A DNA stretch of 27,968 nt from Candidatus Heimdallarchaeota archaeon (GCA_018238545.1 JABCTC010000042.1:1-27968), one strand, 5' to 3'. Shown: positions 9,592 to 19,713, numbered from the stretch's first letter. Translations and numbers: made by a program. The notes: a model not told the origin generated them from the letters alone.

Positions 9592-10305
9592 ATGTCAGAT
9601 TCTTTAGATAATCCAAGAAATAGTGAATTAATAAACTGTATTGCAGATGAAAAATCGGACTGTATTGAGTGTGAGTTAAATGGGAAACTACTCTGTATAA
9701 TTGATAAGAAATTTGCAAACAGATTTCTAATAGGGAATATTACGTACCGAATATTAGCACTAACAATATTTGTGATGTCAGGATTATTAATCGGGCACTG
9801 GTGGATGTTGATTTCATATGCAATTATATTGCCTTTAACTTTTTTAGTTATTGAACCACGATTATTGTGCAGCTACTGTCCATTTTATGAAAAAGAGGGT
9901 AAATGTCTAAAATGTTGGGCCCTAAGAGGGATGCCAAAATTATGGAAATATAGACCTGGTCCAGCCACAAAAATTGAGAAAAACGTAATGCTGATTTTTG
10001 GTACGTTTATTGATGTGTTTCCTTTTGTTGGATCAATATGGGGGATTATTCACTTTGCATTAAACACAACCAATAATCTATTTGCGGGTATCAGTTTAAT
10101 AGTTATCACAATTCTTTTCTTAATCGTGGCAACTTACTTCAGTAAGATACTTTTAGGGAACGCCTGTAAAAAATGTGCAAATTTCTCTTGTTCTATGAAC
10201 AAAGTTCCCTATGAAATCGTAAAAATATTCCTAGAAAAAAATCCAAAAATGAAGGAAGCTTGGATTAAAGCAGGTTGGAAGGATGAACGAGCTAATTCTA
10301 AATAA
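9592..10305 (+). CDS. Cys-rich 4-TM hypothetical membrane protein
   Basis: Clusters CIECEL....C, CSYCPFY.....LKC and CKKCANFSCSMN flanking hydrophobic helices. Confidence 0.75.
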   Translation: MSDSLDNPRNSELINCIADEKSDCIECELNGKLLCIIDKKFANRFLIGNITYRILALTIFVMSGLLIGHWWMLISYAIILPLTFLVIEPRLLCSYCPFYEKEGKCLKCWALRGMPKLWKYRPGPATKIEKNVMLIFGTFIDVFPFVGSIWGIIHFALNTTNNLFAGISLIVITILFLIVATYFSKILLGNACKKCANFSCSMNKVPYEIVKIFLEKNPKMKEAWIKAGWKDERANSK

Positions 10306-10372
10306 CAGAACATAAGGAAATCTATTATCCGAAAAACTTTTTTGCTTGCTTTTAAATTTGAATTGTAAAACA

Positions 10373-10993
10373 ATGAAAATCTTTATTCTAATAGGATTAC
10401 AATTAAGTGGTAAATCGTCTCATGGTTATAGACTAAGAGTAGAAGAAGACATACCAATGATAGAAACAGGACATGCGGTCTATCATGAGCTGAAGCGATT
10501 GAAACTAGTAGTAAATCATAAGAATAGTAGTAAAGTCATCATTGGATTGTTAGCCCAAGATCCTACAGCTTTTACACGTACAATACTAGATTATGAAAAA
10601 GAAACGTATGAAGGAGCTAAGTGTCTTATTTTAAATGGTGTAAAATCACCAGCTGAAGTTAAATATGTACAGAACCGTTTTGGTAAAGACAGTGTAACAG
10701 TATTTGGGTTTCATTGTAGTCAACACACACGTTTTAGTAGAGTAACTAATCCAGATAGATTCAAGGTTTCTGGTCAATACCACGAAAAAACCCAAGAAGA
10801 TCAAGATTTAGCAAAATGGGAGAATTTCAAAAGTAGAGATATAAGAGAGATTGGTCTAGGTATAGGAAATGCTCTCGCTTTTGCGAATGAAATAATCAGC
10901 ACAGAGGATAATTTCTGGCCCTATAATTCATTTGAGAGTTCGTATAAACAGTTTCATAAGAATGTTTTTGACAGATTAACAAGGTCTACATAG
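10373..10993 (+). CDS. Archaeal NMP-kinase / dephospho-CoA-kinase-like P-loop protein (UPF0200-like)
   Basis: MKIFILIGLQLSGKS P-loop, GVKSPAEV, RD.REIGLGIG.A.AFA. Confidence 0.75.
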   Translation: MKIFILIGLQLSGKSSHGYRLRVEEDIPMIETGHAVYHELKRLKLVVNHKNSSKVIIGLLAQDPTAFTRTILDYEKETYEGAKCLILNGVKSPAEVKYVQNRFGKDSVTVFGFHCSQHTRFSRVTNPDRFKVSGQYHEKTQEDQDLAKWENFKSRDIREIGLGIGNALAFANEIISTEDNFWPYNSFESSYKQFHKNVFDRLTRST

Positions 10994-11014
10994 CAATACA
11001 ATAATCTGAGAGCA

Positions 11015-12025
11015 TTATTTTTTTGGAGAACTTGGATAGGTTCCAATAGGCATTAACACGCGCTTTGTACTGGAAACTATGCCATTTTCCTTTTCAGGAA
11101 GAGTTATTGCATCAATCTGTGCCTCACCTAATGCTACCAATTCATTCTTCAAGGTATAAATTGCTACCATTTTCCCTGCTTTAAATTCTTCTGAATACTT
11201 TGAAACACCCGGTAAAGCTAATGGAGCACCATGACAAAGAGGATTAACTGCGCTATCCTTGATATTAATTTTTGGAATATGTTTTACCCCATATTCCATT
11301 GGTAGAATTATATTTCTCAAAGGATTTTCATCTTTTTCTTCTTTGTACCATTCAAAAGCATCATATAAATCATGGAGAGTTGATAGGAAATCAGTTTCTG
11401 AAAATGGTCCAGAGCGTGTTCTTCTAAGCTCCTTCATATGAGCTCCACACGATAAACTTTGTCCAATATCGTGACAATACTTTCTCACATAAAATCCTGC
11501 TTGGCTACTTATTCTGAAAAGAACTTCTCTTTCCTTTATATCAAGAATCTCTGAATTATAGATGGTTCGAATTCTCAACACTCTTTTTACACTTGCTCTT
11601 AATGGAGGTCTTTGATACAAATCACCAACATAATCTCTGATAATTGATCTTATTCTTGATTCATCAATATCTGAATGTAATCGCATATTTCCAACATATT
11701 CTTTTCCAGCGAGAAGAAGTGTATCCAATATTCTAGTTGCTTTTCCTAAAGCTGTAGGAAGAACACCAGTTACTTGTGGATCCAATGTTCCAGAATGACC
11801 TGCCTTTGGAATTCCAAGAATTTTTTTTACATAACTAACTACTTCGTGGCTTGTTGGATTTGGAGGTTTGTCCAAGTTGATAATACCATAATTCAACAAT
11901 TCAGCAATTGTTCGATTTGAAGGTATTTTTCCCCACTTAAAGTCAGTTGTATCTCTGGAAAGTATCTTTAGGGGTTGTTTAGGGTTGTCAAATGATAACT
12001 TGGGGGGGGAAAAAACTAATGTCAT
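11015..12025 (-). CDS. cbf5: H/ACA RNA-guided pseudouridine synthase Cbf5
   Basis: NLDKP.NPTSHEVV, GHSGTLDP.VTGVLP, YQRPPLRASVKR and a PUA domain. Confidence 0.97.
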   Translation of the reverse strand: MTLVFSPPKLSFDNPKQPLKILSRDTTDFKWGKIPSNRTIAELLNYGIINLDKPPNPTSHEVVSYVKKILGIPKAGHSGTLDPQVTGVLPTALGKATRILDTLLLAGKEYVGNMRLHSDIDESRIRSIIRDYVGDLYQRPPLRASVKRVLRIRTIYNSEILDIKEREVLFRISSQAGFYVRKYCHDIGQSLSCGAHMKELRRTRSGPFSETDFLSTLHDLYDAFEWYKEEKDENPLRNIILPMEYGVKHIPKINIKDSAVNPLCHGAPLALPGVSKYSEEFKAGKMVAIYTLKNELVALGEAQIDAITLPEKENGIVSSTKRVLMPIGTYPSSPKK

Positions 12026-12077
12026 GATATATCAACACGGAGTACAAAGAAAAATAGAGATATAAGGTTTGAGGAAC

Positions 12078-12359
12078 TTAAATCTGTGGAACTACCACTT
12101 CTTCCATGAATTCCTTTAAACCTGCTTTATCGATAGCTGCAGAAACATCGTCATCGCTTGCATCTCGTTTTACTGAAACCAGTTTATCAGTTGGTTCCAA
12201 ATGCATTACATTGCATTTTCTTCTTCTAACTGATGTTAGTGCTTTTGGACCTGAAACTAAAACATAATTTTGATTAATTAAATCCACAATCACAGCTTTC
12301 TTTCCTGCTTCTCTTCCGTTTGTTTTTACTATTATTCTTCCAATTTGAATTGCAGTCAC
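12078..12359 (-). CDS. rpl14e: 50S ribosomal protein eL14
   Basis: IGRIIVKTNGREAGKKAVIVD....VLVSGPK..TSVRRRKCN..HLEPT. Confidence 0.96.
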   Translation of the reverse strand: MTAIQIGRIIVKTNGREAGKKAVIVDLINQNYVLVSGPKALTSVRRRKCNVMHLEPTDKLVSVKRDASDDDVSAAIDKAGLKEFMEEVVVPQI

Positions 12360-12361
12360 TT

Positions 12362-12910
12362 TTATTCACCTTTTGTTATTTTTTTAACTGATGCCATTAT
12401 TATATCAACACACTCAGCTGCATCATATTTTTTGGTGTTGATTATTACATCATAGATGGACAAATCAAAGATATTAATATTATAGAGTTTTTGATATCTG
12501 TCTCTTTCTGATTCTTCTCTCATCAATGTCTCTTTTTTGATTTCTTCCATAGATCTATTTTCTCTTTCAGCAATGCGTTGGATTCTTGTCTTCACCGGTG
12601 CTGTAATATAGATTATCAAATCAGCAACCTTTCTTAGAATCCATCCACCTAATTGAGCGTCAACTATAATACCGTCTTCTGTTTGTGCAAGCTCTAATGT
12701 CTTTTTATCGATATGTCGATCAATTTCTTCATCGACTTCTGCACATTCACTAAATTCTTCAAGATTCATTCCTTTTTCTCTGGCCATTTCTCTAAATAGC
12801 TGTCCAGCTGATACATATGTATAATTCAACAACTCTGCTACAGTTTTTGCAGCTGTGCTTTTTCCTGAACCATGCGGACCAGAAATAGCTATTATTGGTA
12901 AAATCGCCAC
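12362..12910 (-). CDS. cmk: Cytidylate kinase
   Basis: ISGPHGSGKST, SAGQLFREMA and RYQKLYNI. Conserved position between eL34 and eL14. Confidence 0.94.
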   Translation of the reverse strand: MAILPIIAISGPHGSGKSTAAKTVAELLNYTYVSAGQLFREMAREKGMNLEEFSECAEVDEEIDRHIDKKTLELAQTEDGIIVDAQLGGWILRKVADLIIYITAPVKTRIQRIAERENRSMEEIKKETLMREESERDRYQKLYNINIFDLSIYDVIINTKKYDAAECVDIIMASVKKITKGE

Positions 12911-12915
12911 TTCCT

Positions 12916-13173
12916 TTATTTTCGAACATTCGCCTTAATTGCACTTTTTAAACATTTTGAGCACAAATGACCTGCATGTTGTCTACTAGGGAGATGTTCA
13001 GAGCGGGACATTTTTCTTACTTTGACTTGAGGTCCAAATGCGACTCCATGGAGGATAGCCCCACATTGCGAACAATGTGGTTTTTTAGTTCGTTTGGAAA
13101 TTTTCTTTAATCTAGTTTCAGATGGGGTTCGTACTAATCTCGTTTTTGAAACACGTAATGATGGTCTAACCAT
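12916..13173 (-). CDS. rpl34e: 50S ribosomal protein eL34
   Basis: MVRPSLR...RLVRTPS...CSQCGAILHGV...PSR..AGHLCSKC. Start set at ATG 13173 rather than the longer ORF. Confidence 0.92.
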   Translation of the reverse strand: MVRPSLRVSKTRLVRTPSETRLKKISKRTKKPHCSQCGAILHGVAFGPQVKVRKMSRSEHLPSRQHAGHLCSKCLKSAIKANVRK

Positions 13174-13183
13174 AAATTTCTCC

Positions 13184-13885
13184 TCATTTGTTAGTTTTAG
13201 ATTGAAGTTTGTTTTTTGCAAGTTGTTCTTTTTTAGAAACAGACGCTTGCTTCAAAGGTTCAATTTTCTTTCCTTTCTTCTTTGTATGTGTTGCTCCTGA
13301 GGGAGTTGCACCAAACATTCTACTAAGCAATGAACCAAAAGCAAAAGATACCATAAAATACCAGAGGGTAAAAGGTACTTTTGAAAATCCATTATAAGCT
13401 GGGTCTTCCCATCCTGCAGATGTTTGGAACCATGGTGTTCCTATCCAGGGAAAACCACCAAGATTAAAGGGTAACCATGCATAATTATGACCAAATTCCC
13501 CACTTGGAAAAGCGGATCTAAGTATAGCAAATAAAAGCAGGAAAGGAATGGTTGTGAAAAGCATTGGTTTCATTCTTTTAAACATCATTGAGGATTGAAG
13601 TTTCTTTACTCTTTCCTCATCTCTTTTAACACTCAACCATAATTTCTTATCAGCAGTTTGCATTGCGGTTTTTCTTTTCTGATTCCAATCGTTAACTTTC
13701 TGCATACTTTCCTTTAATGCATCAGTATCAAGAATCAATCTGGTAGCAAATGTAGAGATACTTGCCAGAAAAACTGCAGTAAGTGCTATGAATAGTGCGG
13801 ATGTAGGAAGCTCATTCCAATTATTACTGGATATCCAATCTGCAATTCCCGAAAACCAATCATCATAGAAAGCCATATAAACCAC
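13184..13885 (-). CDS. EMC3/TMCO1 (DUF106, Oxa1-superfamily) membrane insertase
   Basis: TM - coiled coil - MKPMLFTTIPFLLLF - WYFMVS topology. Canonical position upstream of eL34. Confidence 0.9.
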   Translation of the reverse strand: MVYMAFYDDWFSGIADWISSNNWNELPTSALFIALTAVFLASISTFATRLILDTDALKESMQKVNDWNQKRKTAMQTADKKLWLSVKRDEERVKKLQSSMMFKRMKPMLFTTIPFLLLFAILRSAFPSGEFGHNYAWLPFNLGGFPWIGTPWFQTSAGWEDPAYNGFSKVPFTLWYFMVSFAFGSLLSRMFGATPSGATHTKKKGKKIEPLKQASVSKKEQLAKNKLQSKTNK

Positions 13886-13961
13886 TTATTTTGCTTACTT
13901 ACACCAAAAATAACTTACTTTTAAAAGCTTTTGTAACTAGAGTTTTTGATAATTAAAACCT

Positions 13962-14708
13962 TTAGACACTAGACGGAGAATCTTTTTTCAACAAAACAAA
14001 GAAGTTATCTTTTCCGCCTTTCCCACCGCATATCGAGAAATCAATTATGTATAGATCAGTTTTTTTTATTATAGACACAAGTTCTCTTTTAGTAAAAAGA
14101 TGGTAATATCTTCTAGCAATGATATTTTTGTTTTCATCGTGCCAAGGTAGATAAATATCTCCAAGTCGCCAATACTTGTTCTTCAATTTCTTGATAGGGT
14201 AGGTAAAAAAATCACTAATCAGTTTTTTACGAGTATCTGATTTCCACCTTCTCCAACAAGATAAAATAAGATATCCATCGTCTTTTAGCAAGGTTGATAG
14301 AAGTTGAAGACATGAAATTGTTTCTTTCTTTTCTCGTAAATGATGTATAGTTGCAATTGATAAAACTAAGTTGGCGAAATTACTACGCAAACTTAAAGAT
14401 TTCATATCATTATTTATTGTAAAATGATTCCTCGCAGGAATATCAACTGAAGCTTGTAATAATTCAAAGGATATATCGGTAGCAATAAATTGCATGCTAG
14501 AACTGTTAAAATGAAGTAGGTTTCTGCCATTACCTGTACCAATATCAACAATGATACCTGAGGAAGGTAAAGAATAAAGCTCAGAAATCTTCTTCATGTA
14601 TTTTTGAAAATCTTTCCAAGGTCTTCGTTTAACTCTGGTGTATTTTGGAGAAATTTTCTTGTAAGCTTCTATTAGATCCTTATCACTATTTGAAATACTA
14701 GTAGGCAA
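13962..14708 (-). CDS. Class I SAM methyltransferase, Trm9/ALKBH8-like
   Basis: DIGTGNGRN, SIATIHHL, DIYLPW and RYYHLFTKREL. Confidence 0.75.
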   Translation of the reverse strand: MPTSISNSDKDLIEAYKKISPKYTRVKRRPWKDFQKYMKKISELYSLPSSGIIVDIGTGNGRNLLHFNSSSMQFIATDISFELLQASVDIPARNHFTINNDMKSLSLRSNFANLVLSIATIHHLREKKETISCLQLLSTLLKDDGYLILSCWRRWKSDTRKKLISDFFTYPIKKLKNKYWRLGDIYLPWHDENKNIIARRYYHLFTKRELVSIIKKTDLYIIDFSICGGKGGKDNFFVLLKKDSPSSV

Positions 14709-14819
14709 TTCATAGAATTTAGGTATACTGAGTATTTCAATTTTCTTCTTATTAATGAAATCTAAACAATGATTTTTATACTCAATAAAAAATCAAAATT
14801 TGTGTTTATGTGTTGAAGG

Positions 14820-14838
14820 CAAAAATGCTTATAAATAG
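14820..14838 (+). promoter_or_regulatory. BRE/TATA promoter of secY
   Basis: caaaaatgcTTATAAATA about 35-45 nt upstream of the start. Confidence 0.55.
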
Positions 14839-14877
14839 AAGCACATCATACACATTAAAGCCACGCCGGTGAATTTC

Positions 14878-16323
14878 ATGGTTTCAAAGTTCTTGATGCT
14901 ATTCAAACCGTTTCAACGTTTTACCTTTGAGGTAAAGAAGCCAGCAAGAAAACCTTCTTTTAAAAGAAAGTTAGCTTGGACCTTCGGAATCTTAGCCCTC
15001 TATTTAGCCATGCTAAACATCCCTATTTTCGGTATACCGGAAACAGGAGGAACCGATCCTTTCTTTGCCATGAGGGCAATATTAGCTTCACAAAGAGGGA
15101 GTTTAGCAGAATTAGGTATAGGACCTATTGTAACTGCTGGTTTGATTATGCAACTACTTGTGGGATCACAAATCATTAAAGTGGATTTCACTAATCCTGA
15201 AGAACGTGCTCTCTACACAGGATCACAAAAAATACTTGCCATATTGATGACAGTATTTGAATCTTTAGCATATATTTTTGGTGGAGCTTATGGAGAATTA
15301 ACTTTCCAAGCACAAATTATTGTTTTGTTACAATTAGTTGTTGCAGGTTTTACCATTCTTCTTATGGATGAAGTTATCCAGAAAGGTTATGGACTTGGAA
15401 GCGGTATTAGTTTATTCATCGCTGCAAGTGTTTCATATACAATCTTTGATGGTATGTTCAGTCTATCTCAAGAAACAATTGGAGGCTTTAGTTGGTACAG
15501 AGGTTGTGTTCTTGCATTCTTTCAAGGTCTCTTCAAAGAACCTTTAGATATATTAACACCACTCAGTAGACCTGGTAGAACTCCAGATATAATCGGTTTA
15601 TTGGCAACAATAGTTGTTTTTGCCATGGTCATTTATGTAGACTCTATGAAAATAGAGATACCTGTACAACACAGTCAATATAAAATGCCGGCCAGATATC
15701 CAATCAAATTCCTATATACATCAAACATTCCTGTAATCCTTGTAAGTGCTTTGTTTGCAAATATTTACTTCATTTCAAACCTAATGCACAATTCTTGGAG
15801 CAATATAACAACGGGTTATAAAGGATTCTTGGTCGACTTCTTTGGTAGATGGGATACAATAGAAGGCACGGATCAGCTAGCTCCAGTTTCGGGGCTAGCA
15901 GCTTTTACAACGGCACCGTATGGGCCAGAACAAATTGCTGAGCAACCGTGGCACGCCTTAGTGTATCTACTATTAATGATAGCACTTTGTGGTATCTTCT
16001 CGCGCATCTGGATAGACACGGCAGGAATGAGCTCAAAGAACGTCGCGAAACAACTGTTAGATGCAAATATGCAGATACCTGGGTTTAGGCGCAATCCAAG
16101 AATCGTAGAAAGATATCTAGAAAGGTATATTCCTATAGCAGCTTGGGTTGGAGGTTTCTTCATAGGTGTCCTAGCGGCAGTAGCAGACTTTCTAGGAGCG
16201 CTTGGTACGGGTACGGGAATTCTTTTAACAACGGGTATTCTCCGTCAGTACTATGAAATATTCGCTAGTGAACAAATTAGTGAAACTGTTCCAGCTTTAG
16301 CTGGAATGTTAGGAATAAAATAA
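14878..16323 (+). CDS. secY: Preprotein translocase SecY/Sec61alpha (GTG at 14869 is an alternative start)
   Basis: ELGIGPIVTAGLIMQLL, GLGSGISLFIA, YPIKFLYTSNIPVIL and GTGTGILL. Confidence 0.98.
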   Translation: MVSKFLMLFKPFQRFTFEVKKPARKPSFKRKLAWTFGILALYLAMLNIPIFGIPETGGTDPFFAMRAILASQRGSLAELGIGPIVTAGLIMQLLVGSQIIKVDFTNPEERALYTGSQKILAILMTVFESLAYIFGGAYGELTFQAQIIVLLQLVVAGFTILLMDEVIQKGYGLGSGISLFIAASVSYTIFDGMFSLSQETIGGFSWYRGCVLAFFQGLFKEPLDILTPLSRPGRTPDIIGLLATIVVFAMVIYVDSMKIEIPVQHSQYKMPARYPIKFLYTSNIPVILVSALFANIYFISNLMHNSWSNITTGYKGFLVDFFGRWDTIEGTDQLAPVSGLAAFTTAPYGPEQIAEQPWHALVYLLLMIALCGIFSRIWIDTAGMSSKNVAKQLLDANMQIPGFRRNPRIVERYLERYIPIAAWVGGFFIGVLAAVADFLGALGTGTGILLTTGILRQYYEIFASEQISETVPALAGMLGIK

Positions 16324-16375
16324 AATTCCTCCCCTTTTTTACTTCTTTTTTACTTTTATTTTAATTAAATCTCTA

Positions 16376-17326
16376 CTAAAGATTCAGGTCTATTACTTTG
16401 TTTTTCTCGATACTCTCAATAGAAGCGAGAGCAATCTTTAAAGCTTTAAGCCCATCAGTTGAAGTTACAACTGGTTGTTTATTTTCTAGACATGCTTCCG
16501 CAAAAGCATTCATTTCTCTGCTTAATGGTTCTTGCCAAGTTGATTTTGTATTTCGTAACCACTCATCATCTTCAATGATATATTCTTGTGTGATGTAATC
16601 AGCTTCCACTATTCCGCGCTCGCAAGTAAGCATCAATTTTCTGTGTCTATGAGGGGTTAAATAATTAGATTCAATGAAACCAGTCAACCCATTATCAAAG
16701 TCAATCAATATATCTGCATAATCAAGATAACTATGACGCAATTTTCCACCTCGTGCATACACTGAGATAGGATCCTTTGAAGTTATATATCTAAAAGCAT
16801 CAATATCATGAATACTCACATCACGAATAACATCAACATCTTTTAACCTATCAGGCCAATATGGGCCTAGTCTTCTTGCACTTAACAATACAAGTTCACC
16901 TAGTTCTCCACTTTCTATGAGTGTTCGCGATTTACTAACTATTGGATTGAATCGTTCGATAAAACCTACAGATACAATAACGTTTGAACTCTTAGCTGCA
17001 TCAATGATTTTCTCTGCTTCCACTAAAGTACTTGTCATAGGTTTCTCTATCAAAACATGTTTTCCATGTTCTATAGCTTTGAGCGCTATTTCTCCATGAG
17101 TAGAGGTAGGAGAAGCTATACTAACAGCATCGATATCTTCTAAACTCAATAGTTCATCTAAATCTGAAAAAGCTCTGGCACGATGCATTGTTGCTAGCTC
17201 TTTAGCCTTTTCAAGTTGAATATCGTAAATACCAATAAGATTTGTTTTTTTCATTTCTTTAAAGACTCTTGCATGGTTTTTACCCCAGCTTCCCACTCCA
17301 ATTACTGCAATATTGAGTTTTTTCAT
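16376..17326 (-). CDS. Gfo/Idh/MocA oxidoreductase (NDP-sugar 3-dehydrogenase-like)
   Basis: GVGSWGKNHAR, HVLIEKP, VGFIERFNP and D.SIHDID. Confidence 0.92.
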   Translation of the reverse strand: MKKLNIAVIGVGSWGKNHARVFKEMKKTNLIGIYDIQLEKAKELATMHRARAFSDLDELLSLEDIDAVSIASPTSTHGEIALKAIEHGKHVLIEKPMTSTLVEAEKIIDAAKSSNVIVSVGFIERFNPIVSKSRTLIESGELGELVLLSARRLGPYWPDRLKDVDVIRDVSIHDIDAFRYITSKDPISVYARGGKLRHSYLDYADILIDFDNGLTGFIESNYLTPHRHRKLMLTCERGIVEADYITQEYIIEDDEWLRNTKSTWQEPLSREMNAFAEACLENKQPVVTSTDGLKALKIALASIESIEKNKVIDLNL

Positions 17327-17445
17327 CTAATCACTACTAAGTAAAAAATATTTTTACTCGTTTTGAGTAAACAGTAGTGAATATTTAAAATTTATTATAT
17401 GGTATTCTAAAAAAAGATATAGTAAAGAAAAGAAAAGAAAAAAAA

Positions 17446-17895
17446 TTAGTCAGAGCTGCTTAGTTGGACTTTGCCACCAGCAGACTCTATTTTCTTTATT
17501 GCTCTTTCACTAGCTTCAGCAACTACAATGTTCATTGCGGTGCTAACTTCACCTTGAGCAAGAAGTTTAGTGTAACCAAGCTCAGTCAAATTAACTTCAT
17601 ATTTAGTTCCCTTCTTTGTGACTTTTCCTTCACGTTCAAGGGTTTTAATCATTGAGTCTAAATGAGAGACATTGATTACAACATTTTCTTTTATGGATTC
17701 TCTAGGACGGATGAAACCACGTTTTCCAATTGCAGGACGCAAACCTTTGATTGTTTGAATCCAGTGTGTTGACTTAGGACCAGCTTTACCTACTCCACCA
17801 CGCATACCACTTTTTCTGTGGGTTCGTACAATTCCCCATCCATGGGTTCTGTATCCGCGCTCTCTTCCGTGTTTCTTTTTTGTTCTAACTGTCAT
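17446..17895 (-). CDS. rpl15: 50S ribosomal protein uL15
   Basis: RG.RTHGWG....HRKSGMRGG.GKAG and A..KIESAGGKV. Confidence 0.96.
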   Translation of the reverse strand: MTVRTKKKHGRERGYRTHGWGIVRTHRKSGMRGGVGKAGPKSTHWIQTIKGLRPAIGKRGFIRPRESIKENVVINVSHLDSMIKTLEREGKVTKKGTKYEVNLTELGYTKLLAQGEVSTAMNIVVAEASERAIKKIESAGGKVQLSSSD

Positions 17896-17900
17896 TTTGA

Positions 17901-18389
17901 TCACGCCATCCTCACAATAAGCTCATTTATAGCTGAGCCCCTATAACCTAAATCTCCACCATCTGCGAAGTTTCTTTTAACAGATTTGTAACCCTTTCTT
18001 GCAGGATGTAGTCTGAAAAACTTCTTTAGTGTAGGAATCTTTTGAATTATAGTTTCTCCTTTAATTAGAGCTTTTGAAAGCGACTTTATAGTTGGATATT
18101 CAGTATTTTCCTTAACAATTTTATCAGTCAATCTAGTTTTTCCTTCAACCTCTCCTCTTTTCCTTAGTACATGCTCTAAAGCTTCTTGGTTTATTTCACC
18201 CCAAGTGACATGGTCTTTTGCACGCTTTAGCATACCAAGGGTAGAAAGAGTATTAGGAAACAATGACATATAATTTGTCTTTCGAATGTTTAACATATCC
18301 AAAGTTTGTTGAACCTTATAGAAGACATTAATTCTTCCCCTAATTCGGATAACTGCTAACAATTCTGGAGTATCTTGTTTTTCACTCAT
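17901..18389 (-). CDS. rpl30: 50S ribosomal protein uL30
   Basis: AVIRIRG, VTWGEI, FRLHPARKG and GDLGYRG. Confidence 0.96.
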   Translation of the reverse strand: MSEKQDTPELLAVIRIRGRINVFYKVQQTLDMLNIRKTNYMSLFPNTLSTLGMLKRAKDHVTWGEINQEALEHVLRKRGEVEGKTRLTDKIVKENTEYPTIKSLSKALIKGETIIQKIPTLKKFFRLHPARKGYKSVKRNFADGGDLGYRGSAINELIVRMA

Positions 18390-18403
18390 GTAAATCACTT
18401 TCC

Positions 18404-19045
18404 TTATCTTCGTGTCCAATCGTATGGAGCCATTATAGAATAGGTGTTCTTCAAAGCTTCAAAAGTTGCTTTTGCAAAATTTGAAGTAGTTCGTGTTTCA
18501 CCAAATGTTTTGCTCCAAACATCAGATATCCCTGCTAATTTTAAAACAGTTTTAGCAGTGTTTCCAACGACTAACCCTAGTCCTCTGGGTGCTGAATATA
18601 GAACAACCTTTGTAGACCCTACTTTACCTGTTACTTCGAAAGGAACAGTGTGTGGTTCTCCACAGTTGCATTCCCATGAACCGCATCCTCTTCTAACAGG
18701 TCTGATATTCAATTTTGCATTAACCATCGCTTTCTTAATAGCTGGACCTATTTCTTTGAGTTTTGCTTCACCTACACCAACATAACCGTTTTTGTTTCCA
18801 ACAACAACAGTTGCACGGAATTTTCGTTTTCGACCCGCGTCTGTTTGTCTTTGAACAAGGCTTATATCAATCACATCATCCTCTAGGGTGTCACCAAGCA
18901 GAATGTCAACTATTTCAGGTTCTGCTAAAGGAAGACCTTGTTGGAATAGTTCATCGATAGTTGTAATTCTACCTTCCTTTACTAATCTTCCAACACGAGT
19001 TCGAGGTTCCCATTCTTCTAAATCTAAAAACATATTTCTACTCAT
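18404..19045 (-). CDS. rps5: 30S ribosomal protein uS5
   Basis: [24 protein letters not shown] and GETRTT.NFAKATF. Confidence 0.98.
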   Translation of the reverse strand: MSRNMFLDLEEWEPRTRVGRLVKEGRITTIDELFQQGLPLAEPEIVDILLGDTLEDDVIDISLVQRQTDAGRKRKFRATVVVGNKNGYVGVGEAKLKEIGPAIKKAMVNAKLNIRPVRRGCGSWECNCGEPHTVPFEVTGKVGSTKVVLYSAPRGLGLVVGNTAKTVLKLAGISDVWSKTFGETRTTSNFAKATFEALKNTYSIMAPYDWTRR

Positions 19046-19055
19046 TTTCTATACC

Positions 19056-19700
19056 TCATCCCATTGAATCAATTTTTGATTTTGTCTCTTCAAAATACTC
19101 GGTTATCTTTTCAGGTTTCTTACTTGCGGCCAAGTATTTAGCAAAGTATCTATCATACTTGGATTTATCTTCTTTAGCTAGAAGTTTTGCGTATGATTGA
19201 ATATGATCTCCTCTGATTCTAGATTCAGATGGCATCATGGTTTCATTACAAGGAACATTAACACCTGCGTCAACAACACCTTTGAGAGTCGCGAATATTT
19301 TTGTCCCAGAGTATGCAGTATGTGTTCCAATATCCAGAATAGCTTCTTTTATTTTAGCTTTCAAAGCTCTTTTTCCAGCAAGATAACCTGTTAGGTACGA
19401 TGCAGGTAAATTAGATGTTGCGATATCCCAACCATATTTTTTAAGATCGTCTGATCTTATCTGAATATATGTTTGATCTCCACCAATTTTTGACATAATA
19501 AATTGTACTAAAACTTGTTTATTCGATGTTCTTGCTACAACTCTTATTTTACCTGATTTCAATAATCTCTTACGCTGACCATAATCAGTCTTAAGCTCTC
19601 TTCGTCTTCTAAAAGGCACTCTATAGAGAGGTCCTTGACGTTTCATCTTTGGTTGTAATTTCCTTCTCTTCTTTGGTCCTCTTTTTCTTCTACTTGACAT
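19056..19700 (-). CDS. rpl18: 50S ribosomal protein uL18 with a basic N-terminal extension
   Basis: GP.YRVPFRRRRE.KTDY..R.RLL and N..ASYLTG. GAGGTG Shine-Dalgarno upstream of ATG 19700. Confidence 0.96.
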   Translation of the reverse strand: MSSRRKRGPKKRRKLQPKMKRQGPLYRVPFRRRRELKTDYGQRKRLLKSGKIRVVARTSNKQVLVQFIMSKIGGDQTYIQIRSDDLKKYGWDIATSNLPASYLTGYLAGKRALKAKIKEAILDIGTHTAYSGTKIFATLKGVVDAGVNVPCNETMMPSESRIRGDHIQSYAKLLAKEDKSKYDRYFAKYLAASKKPEKITEYFEETKSKIDSMG

Positions 19701-19713
19701 AACTTAACACCTC

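Noticed and set aside
13174-13221. N-terminal extension of eL34 in the ORF track
   Set aside because: It overlaps the DUF106 3' end. Homology starts at ATG 13173.
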